A stretch of 61,196 bases of DNA, the filler included, from Sphacelaria rigidula (Eukaryota), in the NCBI GenBank assembly GCA_964200075.2. It is 10 parts of 10 records of this genome, joined end to end, with 100 filler letters (N's around TTAATTAATTAA, not from the genome) between each part and the next. Parts side by side here need not be neighbours in the genome. Positions count along the whole stretch, not along the records: positions 1 to 6,030 come from CAXNAA020022688.1; positions 6,131 to 12,160 come from CAXNAA020022689.1; positions 12,261 to 18,290 come from CAXNAA020022690.1; 7 more parts are not named here. One strand, given 5' to 3'. Of this stretch, positions 1 through 13,352 are shown one piece after another. Position 1 is the stretch's first letter. Each line of letters begins with the position of its first letter. Below the pieces are notes generated by a model. The model searched no databases. It saw only the letters and a list, made by a program, of their open reading frames with translations, and was not told the origin of the DNA. Both the position numbers and the translations under genes were made by a program.

Positions 1-78
1 GGATTGATTCGTACGAGTTGAACCAATTATACTAAAACCAAGTAATTTTCAGACGACTCATCATTTGTCCGACCCTTG
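1..78. repeat. Dispersed repeat end (…actaaaaccaagtaatttccagac…tttgtccgacccttg), possibly a hAT-like terminus; also at 25081-25159 and 30651-30702
   Basis: Near-identical 50-80 nt sequence in three contigs, homology stops abruptly after CCCTTG. Confidence 0.7.
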
Positions 79-1860
79 GAGGGGTTCAGAGTGTGACAAA
101 AAAAAAGTGGAATAACTCGCAAGAAAGGGTGCAAAAACGGATAGTATACCGTAGGAACGATCTTCGATGTCAAGACGAGTTTTGGCGGTTGTTACGTCGC
201 TTCAAGTCTATAACGGGAAAATCACCGGGGAGGTCTCGTAAAAGATCCGAGATGTCTCGATGCACCCGGATTCTTCGGGAACACAGCATCTGGCATTCCA
301 ACAACAACGAGGTTGTGAACCTCCACCTCCCATGGTTCCATACCTAAATACATCACTCGGAGCAGTTGGAGCGGTCACCAGCGGTGACGGGCGGCCTTTA
401 GTACAGGGGCATGTCTTTGCCAAGTTTGAGTCGTGGGCATAGAAGTACACGTTGCCGCAACTGCACAGTTTCGTAGAGTGTTAAGATAGTGCTGTTGGTG
501 CAGTAAACTCTCATAGAGCAAGTTATTGCCCCTCGGGCATGAAACGGGGGTACGGATCGTACGTCGCATTCCAAGAGATGGGATAAAGTCAGGATAGAGT
601 ACGCTGCACGGCATTACATACGGTCAGTACAGTCTAGTAGCTCTGTAACTGCACTGCTCATAGCGTCCTGGATAATCTAAACAAGCTGCGAATACTGGTC
701 TCGTACCCACGTCCTGTACACACTACGGTACAGTACGACAGTACATAACAGCGTAGTAGTCTGTTTTGACGGAGGCAACCTGTAGGGAGCGTGTTTGTCG
801 AGCATAGTAGCAGTCAGTGACACGATACAGATGTGGACACTGTAGTGTTATCATGTTTCATGGGGAGGCCCTTTGGTCCCTTTACTCCTTTCACGAACGC
901 GAGGGAACAGAAATACGCGACACTTCTAGTAACACTACAGGCTTGTGCATCACGACACATCTCAAAACCCGGCTGCATGGCTATCATGTGGAGTACACTG
1001 ACTAACCTTCAGGAGTGACATGATGACTACGGAATGGTGACGGTGCATAACACCCTCCTTCACGAGGGGCAATTCTTTTTCGAGCCCGGACTGCTCGAAA
1101 GCCGTGCGGGGCGGGTATTCCGCACTCGATGGAAATGATAAGATATGAAATATCTTATCGGCCGTTTTGGACTAGATTAGATCTCTTCAGGATGTAGAGC
1201 ATTTGCTTATTTAAACAAGCTAACTGTGAACGTCATCAGCAGGGGTGCTATATTCCGTCACTTGCATGCAGCTCTGGGAGAGCTATTCCTGCGTTTGATA
1301 CCGACTTCAACACACAGTCAACGTGACAGTCAAACCTGCAGGTGCCGGCACAACAAAACCCTTTGCTGTCTCCAGGAGAGCGAATGCCACCAGGCATACG
1401 GGTATTCCCCAAGCGAACTTCATATCTCTTGTCGATGTGTCTCGGGCGTGTTTGCACAGGACTAAACCGACGGTGCTGTTGCGTGGTCGTTTTCGAGCGC
1501 GGGATATGATCCCAAAAGTATCGCATTCACTATCGTCATGATGAATATTGTGTTTTTGAAAATCACATTTGACTCCTCTCTCCCGCACCACCTCCCGTAG
1601 CCCATCATCATGAGCATCAAGGGTATATATACGGCATGCAGAGCTACGCGCCTTGCTTTTCTTGTGTCCTTGGTGGATTAGGGGTGGGGGGAGTACTGTG
1701 ACTATTTTTTTCCGCGGTTTAGATGAACGAACACAAGAAAGCTGGGAAACTGACAGCAGTTCATGGACTCAGATTGTGAACGAATGGTACCATCTTCGAT
1801 ACTGTTGTATTCAAAATACCGCAGATCTCTGCGCTGGAGGCGGGGCTAAGGTTACCTATA

Positions 1861-3077
1861 CGAGCTGGGCCAGCCTGAAAATGGATTTTAGCTCTAAAAG
1901 TAATATCTCATCGACACAGACGAGTTGGGCCGTGATCCGCGTATCGTATTGATCGTCTAATCAAGGGGAAGGTGTCTATCTGCTCAAAAGTTTGGGTCCA
2001 TAATTTCTCGTCGTTGATTAAACCCCATTTCCAGTAATTCCTATACCTAATAACGGAGATGGCGTCCATACTAAAATCTCCATGAACCCCCCGATCGATG
2101 CATTCAGCGGATGACGACGAATTTTGGTGTGGGCATTCGCTAGAGCACGAGGAGACGATAAATACTCTGACCTTCACCTAATTCGTTATCTATCTCGAGA
2201 TATGATGCACTTGAGACTCGATACTCAAATCAATATATTGCGAGCAGAGGCACTAGTCTGGATGAACCAATCTGGATATATATCGCGTCTCAGTTTTTGA
2301 GAGTTATTCTATGAAATTTCGTATGTTGAACCACTGGTGCAAAATAAAATAAAATAAAAACAGCTTGGCATATTTTTCAATTTTTTTCTTCATCTTTTTC
2401 GTGTTTTTAGTGGAGTTTTTAGGAGAAACGAACATTGCGCTTAGGCCTTATCTCAATGTTTTAGCTCAATTAACAAAAAAAATGTGATTCGAAACTCAGC
2501 ATGGAAAACCACGAAGGTGTGCCGAATAGAAAAAATATGGGCCTCCATTTTTTTTTCATAGAGGTTGGGGCGTTCTCGTGAAGAAATTGCCTTCACCGTA
2601 CTAGAACGCCCCAAACCAGGGGAACAAATAATTGAAACAACCTAACCCACTGAGTTTTGTTAATTATGCCTTAGAGAGCTCCCAGACAAAATTCCAATGC
2701 ACGAAAACCAAACGTGGGCCGGTGAGTAGCCCGCAAAATATTGTTCCGAATTTCTACCGACCCGGTTTTTGAAAGGCCCATGCTACGGCCAATTTAGAGT
2801 TATTAAAGCGTAAAATTTGGTTTGGACAATGCATAGGGCATAACAAAAAAAGTTGCGTCGCTACCGAAAGTTTTTTTTTCATGAATCGAGGGTAATATAA
2901 TCAGTTTTAGTACCAATAAAATGCCCTTAACTCATGGAGAAAAAAAAGTTTTGGTGCCGGCGTAATTTTTTTCATGCTATATGCATTGTCCATTCCAAAT
3001 TTTACGCTCCAACTCTTAATATTGGGCGAAGCATGGATCTGAAAATTTCAAACCCACCTCTTGGCTGGCCCAGCTCG
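1861..3077. mobile_element. Non-autonomous TIR element, Tc1/mariner-like, with internal ~240-bp hairpin
   Basis: TA|CGAGCTGGGCCAGCC … GGCTGGCCCAGCTCG|TA: perfect 15-bp TIR flanked by TA; no transposase ORF; palindrome at ~2789-3024. Confidence 0.8.
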
Positions 3078-4220
3078 TACGGTGACTGGTGCTGTTTCCG
3101 AGCTCGGCTGTTTCTCGCAACCCGTGGCTCATGGATGATGACAGTGGTGTGTACTCATATGAATGCAGTATGACTAAGGAACATTGTTTGCACTTTAATT
3201 TGTATTTGAGGAATCAGCAGCCACAAATCGGGGGAGCCTACAGCGGCCCGTGACGAGTATAGTCAGGTATGTACTGTTGATATTCAATCTCCGTATGATT
3301 TTTGGCTACTGTGCATGACTGGATTGCGTGGCTGTTTCCTCTCTCAAAACAGATACGATGAAACGGTGTTGGCGTGCGCTCCTTGTCCCTTTGCAAACCA
3401 TGCCGACATGTACTTCGAGAATTTTCGAGTGTCATGTACTTAACTCTACTACTTCTGTACTACCATGCGCTATTTTTTTGACTGAATGTTCTGTGTTGTG
3501 CCGTCCTACTGTACATGCAGAACACACAGACATGTCTGTAAGGGACGGCAGCACTGCTGCCCTACTCGTGTACTGTGCTGTACCTTAGCGTGCAGCCACC
3601 TGATATTTCTTGTTTTGTGGAACTACCCTGCTGTTGCATAGTAGCCGTACCCATTGCATTGTGAATGTTGAGCACTGTACTGTTGCCAAGGGCTTCATGG
3701 GAGCCTGGAATCTGCCGCTCACATTTTCAAAATTAGTGCCGCTTCAAATGTTCCACTTCGTTCCTTATGATGTCATGGGCGTACAGAAGCTCTCGCACTC
3801 CACAAATGTAGGCGTGCACATGAGACTTGCGGAGCAGTCAATCAGCAAGTACGCCGCCCAAGCGATGGTGAGGGATAGTTAACCTGGGAGATGACAACGC
3901 AATCTTCGCAATATACATTATCTTGGCATGTCGATGGAGACGACTGTATTTCCAGGCATACCGCGGGACAACCATAACCATTACCGCATGCGAACATCGC
4001 CCTGCAACCAACGCCGCTGTGGTCGGCAACAGCATCTCACCACCTGTGCGGGCACGTCACCGGATAGACCCGTCTGATACGGTGGTACCATAGGGCAGAT
4101 TACTCTCCTCGCTCCAAGTTATACTTTGTCCGTTTTCGAGCTCATCGATAGCACAAGGTAAACCATCGATCCGGTTGCAGTTCCGAAATTGGCTCTTCCA
4201 ACTCGATCCCGCAACCGTAC

Positions 4221-4581
4221 GGTAACCCCTTGCCGCCTGACCCCTTATTAGTTGAACCATAGATAGACTTTCGATAAACGGCGGCTTTGCTCACGTTGGA
4301 AACGCCATACTACGCGAGTTGAGAAGGTGTCATTGAAAGTAAGTGGGTGATACGGAAGTTCACGTAAACCAAGGTAATCGCTAGCGTTTTTTTTGCTTGG
4401 TAGGGTAACCCCTCGCCGCCTGACCCCTTATTAGTTTAACCATAGACAGACTTTCTATAAACGGCGGCTTTGCTCACGTTGGAAACGCCATACTACGCGA
4501 GTTGAGAAGGTGTCATTGAGAGTAAGTGGGTGATACGGAAGTTCACTTAAACCAAGGTAATCACTAGCGTATTTTCTGCTT
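4221..4581. repeat. Tandem duplication, two ~180-bp units
   Basis: 4221-4398 and 4404-4581 align with only scattered substitutions. Confidence 0.92.
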
Positions 4582-4829
4582 ACTGTGTGAAATGGCCTGA
4601 CGAACAAACCAGCGGTAAAGAGCGAATCGAGCAGAAGGTTTAAGACCTCAGTCCAACATCACGTTTGCCCAACACGGGCTTGCGTGCAAGTGCTTGATGA
4701 TAGCATTGCGCAACTAAGTCGAGAGAAGAACAATGATGGACCACTGTACGGTACTGTATGTAGTCGTCTGCATCTTGCACAGATGTCTGTATGATGTCCC
4801 GAACGGTAGCACTTTGACCGCAAGCGTCA

Positions 4830-4990
4830 GTCACCTGCTGAATCGACATCAATTTTACTTGAAAAACTAATGCATGATCCAGATGACCTACCTTTCGCGG
4901 GCAAGGGGCCAACCCTTGGACGGCGAGGGTAGTCCATCTGGATCATGCATACTTACTCCAAGTGAACTTGACGCCGACTCGACAGATGAC
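4830..4990. repeat. Hairpin-type dispersed repeat; related units in alternating orientation at ~33950-34290
   Basis: atgcatgatccagatgacctacc and ggtagtccatctggatcatgcat are inverted; the same motif recurs three times in contig 6. Confidence 0.7.
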
Positions 4991-5109
4991 TTAATCTGGT
5001 CCAAGTATTGAAATGTGAGCAATCCTCCCACGGGACTGTTAGCCGAAAATATTGTACCGAAACGAGGCCCGGTGTATGAAGGATCAAGGGTTGACCCTTG
5101 GGCGCCCAC

Positions 5110-5511
5110 ACCGGGATGTGAAGGCGCCACACCGCCAGTAACCACGTGTCGACGGCAGCCGCAGGGGAAAGCGTGATGTGGTAGATGAAGCCCTCGTGCT
5201 GAGGCCGAGAGGTGGCAACACACAACTTCTCGGATCGGTTACGACCTGGGCCAGCTTTAAAAGCGGCTAAAAGTTGCTCACACCACAGCTTTCCCAGTTT
5301 CCCGAATGAACCCGACGTAAGCACATCACTGTGGAGTGTAGACCAACCTGGTAAAACACGGCACCGCCGCTGAATGAAAACAAAATCTGAAGAAAAATGT
5401 ACTCCATAGTGTATAACGTTAACGAGGGACGGGGGGAAAAAAAGATAATCTGTGGGGATTCGAACTCATGACCTCCACAATTCGAGTCTCCCATCACTTG
5501 ATTTACAGGGG
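5110..5511 (-). mobile_element. Possible tRNA-derived SINE (third family); 3' boundary uncertain
   Basis: Minus strand begins cccctgtaaatcaagtga…gagttcgaatcccc, giving A-box-like and B-box motifs at tRNA spacing. Confidence 0.45.
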
Positions 5512-5960
5512 TGCAGCAGCGTCACGGAAAATGTTGAACGCATGGCCCAATTTGACGACTATTGAGCTGAAATTTCGGGTAAACCTTATGCACCCAAGGA
5601 ATTGATACTTGACGCGAGCAGGTGCAGATTCTCTTTTTTTTTTCCTGGACTTGGGGCCTGTCTTAGCACTTTTTTTTTCGATCGAAAAAATGGGGCGGTG
5701 GGATCGATCTGAGTGAAACTTTCTCGTTTTGATGCAGTTGGGTGCAGATGGATTTTCAAGCTTTCGATCCAAAAAATAATACAATGAAAAGCGTGAAACA
5801 GCACATGGTCACTCGTGTACAGAACAGGCTGTACTGTCTGCAGTGCTTCCAAGCAGGGTGTGCTGAGTGCGTGTGTGTGTTTCGTGCAGGAAGATATAAA
5901 GGAGAAGCAGGCAACGTGCAGTGCAGACAGCCCAGGACTATGATTTCTCTCTGCTTACAA

Positions 5961-6030
5961 TGTGTGTGTGTTGTCGTCCCATTTATTCTGGGCGCCAGTC
6001 TACCCCTTTCGGGATATGTGGGCGCATCAG
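5961..6030 (-). mobile_element. SINE family A, 3' end with (CA)n tail, cut by contig end
   Basis: Reverse complement of the segment at 13670-13745 and 23895-23999. Confidence 0.8.
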
Positions 6031-6130
6031 NNNNNNNNNNNNNNNNNNNNNNNNNNNNNNNNNNNNNNNNNNNNTTAATTAATTAANNNNNNNNNNNNNN
6101 NNNNNNNNNNNNNNNNNNNNNNNNNNNNNN
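6031..6130. other. Artificial contig spacer (N44-TTAATTAATTAA-N44); same spacer at 12161, 18291, 24421, 30551, 36681, 42810, 48939 and 55068
   Basis: Identical 100-nt blocks with stops in all six frames separate segments of exactly 6030 or 6029 bp. Confidence 0.98.
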
Positions 6131-8474
6131 ATACCAGCGCCTCCGGAGTTTTGCCGGTCCTCCGACACCCTTATCAGCCTTTTTTTCGTGCAATCAAATA
6201 CCCCCCCCCCCATATCGTAGGATGACTCCACTAGTGTATCGCACATTGGAGTTGATGTTTGATTTCTTTGCGTATAAGAATTTCTCGTTTGCTGCAATAT
6301 TCACCACCATGCAACACACTTCGAAGTAAGTGCAGTACATACTTTGATCATGCGCAATTTTGTCTGTGCGTATCACGGCGAACTCATCAAAACGGGCATA
6401 ATGCTCCCATCAACCTTTTTTCTTCAACAGCGCATGGAATAGTATACGGATAGACTGCCGATGGCTTGCTGCTTTTTGCTCGGGTGCCATCGTCTATGCG
6501 TGTCATGGTACTCGTTCAGGGCAGCAAAGTTCGAAGAGGGGAGCGATGCCAACGCGCGTACTCCCGAGACTGAGGCAGACAACAAAAACTCGCCTCTTGA
6601 AGTTCTCAAGATTATTCCACGGATATTCCGCGAAGAGCTATTGTCGGAAAGGTATATATGCATAGATAATACGCGCAAGTGCGAAAGTCGTTCGGTGTAA
6701 CCAACAGGAGGTGGTTTTGAGTATGAAGACAGTTGAGCCGACGAACGAGTGCGAGGTGTGTTGATCGACAAGCTAAAGCATAGGCAAGACGGCGAGCAGG
6801 TGTCGGTAGTACAATTGTCAGTAGGTACAGATCATGAATGACGTGGTGCGGTGAGTTATCCAAAACTGTTTGGTAAAATCAAGCCATGAACGGTAATGGA
6901 AAATTTAATCTTTCGAGCAACGTTCGCGGCGCGTAGTCAAACTTGCAGGGACGATGAAACGGATACGGATTCGAATAGCGACAACCCATATTATGGTGCA
7001 GGGTATATGAAATGCATACAGATTGAGGCTGTGATTTTGTGATACTCGTGGCGAAAATAGATAACCTTGTGGCCATATTCAAATTTTTCATCTCGCTCTC
7101 GCACTCTTCTGCCTCGCTAGCAAGTTGGGTTGATCTTTGTTGGAATATACGAGTGGCGCATGCACACCAAAACCATGAGCTTTCTCACGTAAGCACGTTC
7201 TTTGGTGACACAACGTTTAGTGCGTCTCGCGAGGACGCAGTGCGGCGCTGCGTGTCCGACGGGGTGAACTATTTGCATAGCAAGCCACGTTCCGGAGGAA
7301 GGTCGCCATACATGCCGGAAGGGATACGTTCACAGAGTATTTGTTGATCGGAGGTCAATATTGCCATATCCAAGCCTCAAACGCATGACGATCTGTCGTT
7401 GATCTTGATTAGATAGCCCACGCTCCGCTGTATACCCTCGTTTGTCATCAGGCACACAGCTAATCTGGATAGCCTGCAAGAGCTTGTGCTGGATGAAGGT
7501 GCAAGGCCAATGGCACAGCTGAAAGGTGCACACATTTACGGTACTAAATGTAGGGTGTGTTGCTGGAAGAAAGCGAAACTGGTCACTAGAACGCACTAAG
7601 GGTCTCGTCTAGCGCTTGGTTTGGAAGCTTGGACAAGGATAATCCAACCACGGAGTACGACAAACACCTAGTATCTACCTAGCTAGCTTCATAACTTGCC
7701 CTGACAGGGTTTGGGTGATATACAGAGTAGGTTAGCTCGCCCTAGAGTCGTTTCGCTGATCACGTTCACCCTAACGTACATCTGCTGTTGTTCAGAAATG
7801 TTCGCTGTATCATGAACTTGCTACCTGAAGAAGTACGTCGGCTTCGCGCATCGAGTACACATCATTATGCACCTCGACACATGTTGACGTCACCGTATCG
7901 TTTCCTCACGTGTATGTGCATCCCGTCCAGATCTGGGGAGAGTATTCTTGTGCAGCAACGAAAGAGTTGTGGTCACCAAGGAACACATCAACATGATCGT
8001 TGGAGACCTTGACCGCCAAGGCAGAATCGGTGAAGACAACAGGGCTGGTTTCCCTGGTCAGCTGCATCGCCTCAGCGTATTGAGGGACAAGGTGAATGTC
8101 ATCTTCTATGCGATCGCAAAGCTACATATGTGACATCAGAGATGTAGGTCTAGTCGCGCCGGCGACGTGAAAGGTGGAGGTCGAGCTGCTCTCCGACGAT
8201 AGGGACGTATGAGGGTCCAACTGGACGCTTTTGAAACTAATATATTTGCTGGAATTCGATTGACCACGTCACCAACAATATGGGCTCTGACGATGACCAC
8301 TTACTGTGAGGCTGTTGAGTAGTACTTCGCCACTGAATATCTGGTGTGGTCGATGCCTCATATCCAGATGCTCACTCGTTGTGAGTTTCGCTCCGCCGTA
8401 GGCCTTCAGAGCGTTGTGTTGTGGTCGAGATGACAGTAACTCAGGTTGTACTCTTCAGCTACTACAGGAAGCGC

Positions 8475-8683
8475 TGTAATGCGTGAGAGGACCGTGTGCT
8501 TAAACGCCCGCGTCGGAATTTGAGCAACCCTATGGTTAGGGTTAGGATTGGGTTAGGGTTGGGGTCAGGGTCAGGAGCGTGGTCCCTGCAGGGACTGGCC
8601 CGATTTGTTTGCAAAACGTCGATCCTGAGGTGTTTTGAACTACGATGCGGTCCCCTAAGCATGCGTTCCTCTCACGCATCACA
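8475..8683 (+). mobile_element. TGT…ACA MITE with internal TTAGGG-like tract (copy A)
   Basis: TIR TGTAATGCGTGAGAGGACC…; flanks agcgc/agcac (5-bp TSD, 1 mismatch). Confidence 0.88.
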
Positions 8684-9699
8684 AGCACCCCCAGGCTGAT
8701 GCGAGGCCCGCGCATCGGTGTGAACGTTCCGTCATAGACGGCATCGGATACACGATCCCATACTAGCACATCTATTCAATCCCTATGCGATCGGACAGCC
8801 TTGATCATGTAGATCCCCCGAGACTCGACCACCTCCATTCTGACCGAAACGGAGGTCTTCAGAACGAGGGTGGGAATTTTCCCGTTGTTTTGTTTCAAGG
8901 CCTACTGCTCGCACGTTTTACATAGCCTTCCGGGGAGGAGCCCCGCCGGTAGAGACACTGCATCTGTATATACGTTCGGGTTTGTTTCCGTCTTCTTCCT
9001 CCCAGCAACGTTCGGGTCGTCGCCAAGAACTACATCTTAACGGACTCAGCTCCAAATGGCTGCAGGTTGCACGATACTTGTGATCGACCGCTCTGATGAG
9101 GGGTAAGCATTCACACAACTCACGTGCGTGAACAGCAGTCAGCACCTTGGCTCAGATAGATAGCAGTAGTTGTAGATGGTTCTAGAACGCGCTTGTATTA
9201 TGTCACTTCACCTTGTTTACTCTCACACACTCCAATCAACCTCACTCGCACAATAGCACACGCCCAATATCCTTCACTTCAGTACCAAACACACAGAATC
9301 ACTGCATAAACTTATGTTGACCCCCCAGAGCAAGGCAGGCAGTTGGCACCCGAACCAAGAACCAAGATGGGCTGATCGAAGTGGGCGATGGGCAACCCAG
9401 CTGCTCGTATTGCACACGTGACTGTACTCGCATAACCTACGTCATTAGACGTTGTTCTTCTGATTGGTTAGCAAATCCTCCGCAATTGCAACATGGTGCA
9501 TGCTATTTGTACCGCACTGTATCCTACATCAATGTTGTTTATGGCAGAGCGTGAGCATAGTCGATTAGCCCCCCTGTTCACGGCTCAGCCATGACTTGAA
9601 AACCTATACCGTTCAAAACCGGAATGGAAAAATAATAACCCGACACAAAAACGGAAATATCTCAAGCCATGCTCAAACTCCACAAATATATAATATGAA

Positions 9700-9975
9700 G
9701 TTCATAAGTTACCCAGAAAATAGTACCAATATTTTATCCCCCCCAAAAACTTCATCACTTATCTCAAGTCATATTCAAAATCCAACAATAGAAAACATGA
9801 AATTTGAAAAAACCCAGGAAATAGTACCTCCAATATTTTATGCCCCCCAAACCCCATGTCACTTGTCGTGATTCATGCTCAAAATGGAAAGATATAAAAT
9901 ATAAAATCTGAATTTTCCCCAGAAAATAGTACCTCAAATATTTTATGCCCCCCCAAAACCTATGTCACTCGTCTC
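9700..9975. repeat. Three ~45-bp AT-rich subrepeats at ~100-bp spacing
   Basis: cccagaaaatagtacc…atattttatgcccccc at ~9712, ~9813 and ~9918. Confidence 0.75.
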
Positions 9976-10049
9976 ATCAAATATCCCAATAGTTCACATA
10001 ATAATCATGACATAATTACGATGAAATTCAAAGACCTCTGTGGGCAACA

Positions 10050-12095
10050 CTTTTGTCAAGAAATCAGCATGTTGATATTCCGATCTTACGTGGATAATCG
10101 AAATCTCTTTCCTCGATGCTACTTCCCTGATAAAGTGATATCAAACGTCGATATGCTTGGAGTTCGAGTTGGTTATGGGATTCCGTGCTAGTTGTATGGG
10201 CTCCCTGATTGTCCTCGAACAACGGAATACATGGTACTCCAACCTGAGGCATCATAAATTGCCATACCTGTCTGAGAAACATTACCTCCTTCAACACGTC
10301 AGTCATGGCTACGTACTCTGCCTCCAATGTAGTTTGCGTTACGCATTTTTGTGTTCTCGAGAACCAAGAAACACATCCGCCACCACACATGATCAGCACC
10401 CTAGATACCGAACGCGTGTCCACTGCTTTGCTGGCGTAATCAGCATCAGCAAACGCCTGAACGCTCAGTCCCTGTAAACTTCCTCTACGGTAGGTAATCC
10501 CAAGTGTACTGGTCCGTTTCACATATCCTCAAAATACCAATCGCTGCACGCCAATGTAGGATTATGGGACACACACAATACCTTGCTACTGCTCGCACTG
10601 CATGAGGTATGTCTGACCGTGTTTGAGTGGCCAGCCACATGAGTGATCCCACCAGTTCTCTCAAAGGTAGTTTCGATGGCTGATCGTCGTCTCTGAACTC
10701 TTCAAGCTTTACACTGGGCCCCATCGGAGTACTGTTACCTTCCTCAACATTGAATTTCCGTGCCAACTCTTCTGCAAACGTTTGTTGTGATATACTCAGC
10801 GTCCCACTCTGCAAATCCCTCTCGTAGTATAGTCCCGAATACCACCGCAATTCCCCCAGATTCTTGATCGGTACCATTTTGTTCAGGTCCTCAACAAATC
10901 TATCACACCTTTCCACACTTCCTACTGCGAATATATCATCTATATGTACTACCAATGTAATAGATACTTTTTCCTCCTCCATCAAACGAAAACGCATGGG
11001 TCCGCCAAACATTGCGTGAATCCAAGACTTTTCAACCTTGCTCCCAAGTGATTGTGCCATTGCCTGGACGCTTGTCTGAGGCCATAAAGACTCTTGTTCA
11101 ATATCACGATCTTCGCAGACAGTATCCCACAACCTGAAAGCAGTCGCATGAAAACGTTTTCCTCCAACTCCGATGGCACAAAAGCTTGTTCCACGTCAAA
11201 ATGACGCAAAGAAAGGTCCTGTTCACACGCCAAGGCAGCAAACAAATGAACACTTCAAATCGCTACAGTTGGCAAATACAATTCACCAAAATCTATATCT
11301 GCTCTTTGCATGTCACCCCTGGCAACCAATCTTGATTTCGCTTTGGTAGCACATCCAAACTCGTCAGCCTTCCACATGTAGACCCATTTTGCGTTAATAT
11401 AGTTGTGGGCTAATTGCTACTCGGCTGAATCAGCAGTCCCCGCGTCTAAAATATCCTGAAACTCTCGAGCCGTTGAGTCTAGCCTCACACACCCATATTC
11501 CGGCTGCAGAGCTTCAGCGTATGTCGTAGGGGTCTTCAGGCCCTTCACTGGAATCTGTGCGATGTTTGGTATCGTGCGCGGCGCATGCTCTTCCTTCATG
11601 GCGTCCTTGATGTCCCCTCGCGTTGCCGGGTTCGTTGCGTCTCGGAACGGGATACCCTTCTTCCCCCCTGCAATGTACTCCTGTTTCCTTCCAACCTCTA
11701 CTGCACTGCGCGTAAGATGGGCAGACAGCAAGCATTGCTTATCCAGTTGTGATAAGAGGCCCAAGTCTTGATTGATAAGTGATGTTGACGGAGTCCTTCC
11801 AGACAGATGTTGTGCTGAGGTCGAGCGTGTCCTCCGTGGCTGTCGTGGATCTGTTTTTAGATCAAGTTCCCTGACAACTCTCGGCGGGATCGGTGAAAAC
11901 GAGAAATCTTGGACGTTGATTGTTGATGGTGGTGGAGATGTTGTTGCCGATGATATTGGTGACAGTGCTTGTGAATTATTGAATGGTGACGGTGATGCCG
12001 GTAACCTATGCGGGTGTTGTGGTGGAGTTGAATCGGTATGCAGTTGCTGTTGTGTGGGCGGTCGTGGGGGTGGAGAAGATTTGTTTTTCCTTACA
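10050..12095 (-). mobile_element. Decayed Ty1/copia pol fragment (integrase-RT linker, reverse transcriptase, RNase H)
   Basis: Motifs HFDVEQAF, LNKSLYGLRQASRQW, LVVHIDDI, LRELVGSLMWLA, AFADADYA, WFSRTQKCV, EAEYVA, FEDNQGA, spread over several frames with stops. Confidence 0.95.
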
Positions 12096-12096
12096 C

Positions 12097-12160
12097 TTTG
12101 AACCCCTCCCCTTCCTCGGGATGTGTCCGTGGTCTCAAGGGATCAACCCATCTCTCCCCC
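12097..12160 (-). mobile_element. SINE family B 3' tail abutting the copia remnant
   Basis: Reverse complement of …gaccacggac…cccgag…ggggaggggtt tail seen at 54385-54445. Confidence 0.75.
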
Positions 12161-13028
12161 NNNNNNNNNNNNNNNNNNNNNNNNNNNNNNNNNNNNNNNN
12201 NNNNTTAATTAATTAANNNNNNNNNNNNNNNNNNNNNNNNNNNNNNNNNNNNNNNNNNNNAGCACGGCTTTTGAGTTGAACCTCATTCTTTTTTTCAACC
12301 CCATTTTCGAAAATCGGCTGTTAAAGCGTAGTCGGGGCGCGGTGCCTCTGGAGTCATTGTTGTAGCTGACTAATACAGGGGTCTCAAGCTCGAGGCAAAT
12401 ATTCACCTCGGTTCCCGGTATATTTCACAGAATCTAGAGGCAAATGTTTCGGGAACCTCGAGTTTGATATTCCTCTACTGTTCGTAACAGCATAAAAAGC
12501 GCAGTTTGCTTGAAACAGTGGCATGCGTCGTCTCGTGAATTATAGAGCAGGGATGGATAGCAGCGATATCGCGCCGTTTTTACGTCGGCGGGCCATGCAT
12601 ATACTTTACAACGGACTCTTGTATCGGACACACCTCCGGCGCACGGCATCTCCTACATTGGCAGAAACGAACCTCAAGACTCGCTCAGTGTTACCAGCCT
12701 TCTTTCTTCTCTCTCCATGAAGCACTTACTTCCTCGATGAACCGAACGGTATGCAGTTCAGAATTACTCTAATTCGGTCCTTGATACAAACTGAAAATAT
12801 CTGCTCGGTCAGAGAGGGCACACGTACACACACAGCACGCACAGCGCTTCGTTGTCCGAAATCGACGGCTTCCCGTAGGCTTTGTCTGGTGGGCGTGCAC
12901 GCTGTTGATATTTTCCTCTCACTTACACTGCAGAAGTTGAATTTACCATCTCGTAGGATTCAGGGCTCAGGGGCTGTCCGCTACTTTGACACCACCATTG
13001 GAAATTAACCCGTACACTATGAGAGTGG

Positions 13029-13239
13029 TGTAATGCGTGGGAGGACCGCATGCTTAGCGGACCTCATCGGAATGAACACATCCCTATGAACATCGTTAGG
13101 GTTAGGGTTAGTGTTGGGGTTAGGGTCAGGTGAGTGGTCCCTGCAGGGACTGGCCCGATTGGTTCCGAAAAACGTCGATCCTGGGGTGTTTTGAACGACG
13201 GCTCGGTCCTCTACGCACGCGGTCCTCTCACGCATTACA
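13029..13239 (+). mobile_element. TGT…ACA TTAGGG-MITE (copy B)
   Basis: Both TIRs present; gttagggttagggttag at 13095; no clear TSD. Confidence 0.88.
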
Positions 13240-13352
13240 TCCACACTAAATCTACGAAATATGATTTCATTTCTTCATCTACTACTGGTGGCTGTAGCCA
13301 CTGCACGCCGTAAAAAAATGAATTCTGATTACCGACATAATGGGGTCCTCGG

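Noticed and set aside
1861..3077. GAG…CTC ends as the non-autonomous partner of the Sola-like transposase
   Set aside because: Flanks fit TA|CGAG…CTCG|TA better than a 4-bp TSD (atac vs gtac), and nothing in the sequence links it to contig 8.
6400..8450. Coding-like stretches in contig 2
   Set aside because: Short, stop-interrupted, with no motif I can recognise.
8533..8575. Chromosome telomere
   Set aside because: Short degenerate TTAGGG tract internal to a MITE, not at a sequence end.
9700..9975. CRISPR-like repeat-spacer pattern
   Set aside because: Only three degenerate units with related spacers, eukaryotic context and no cas genes.
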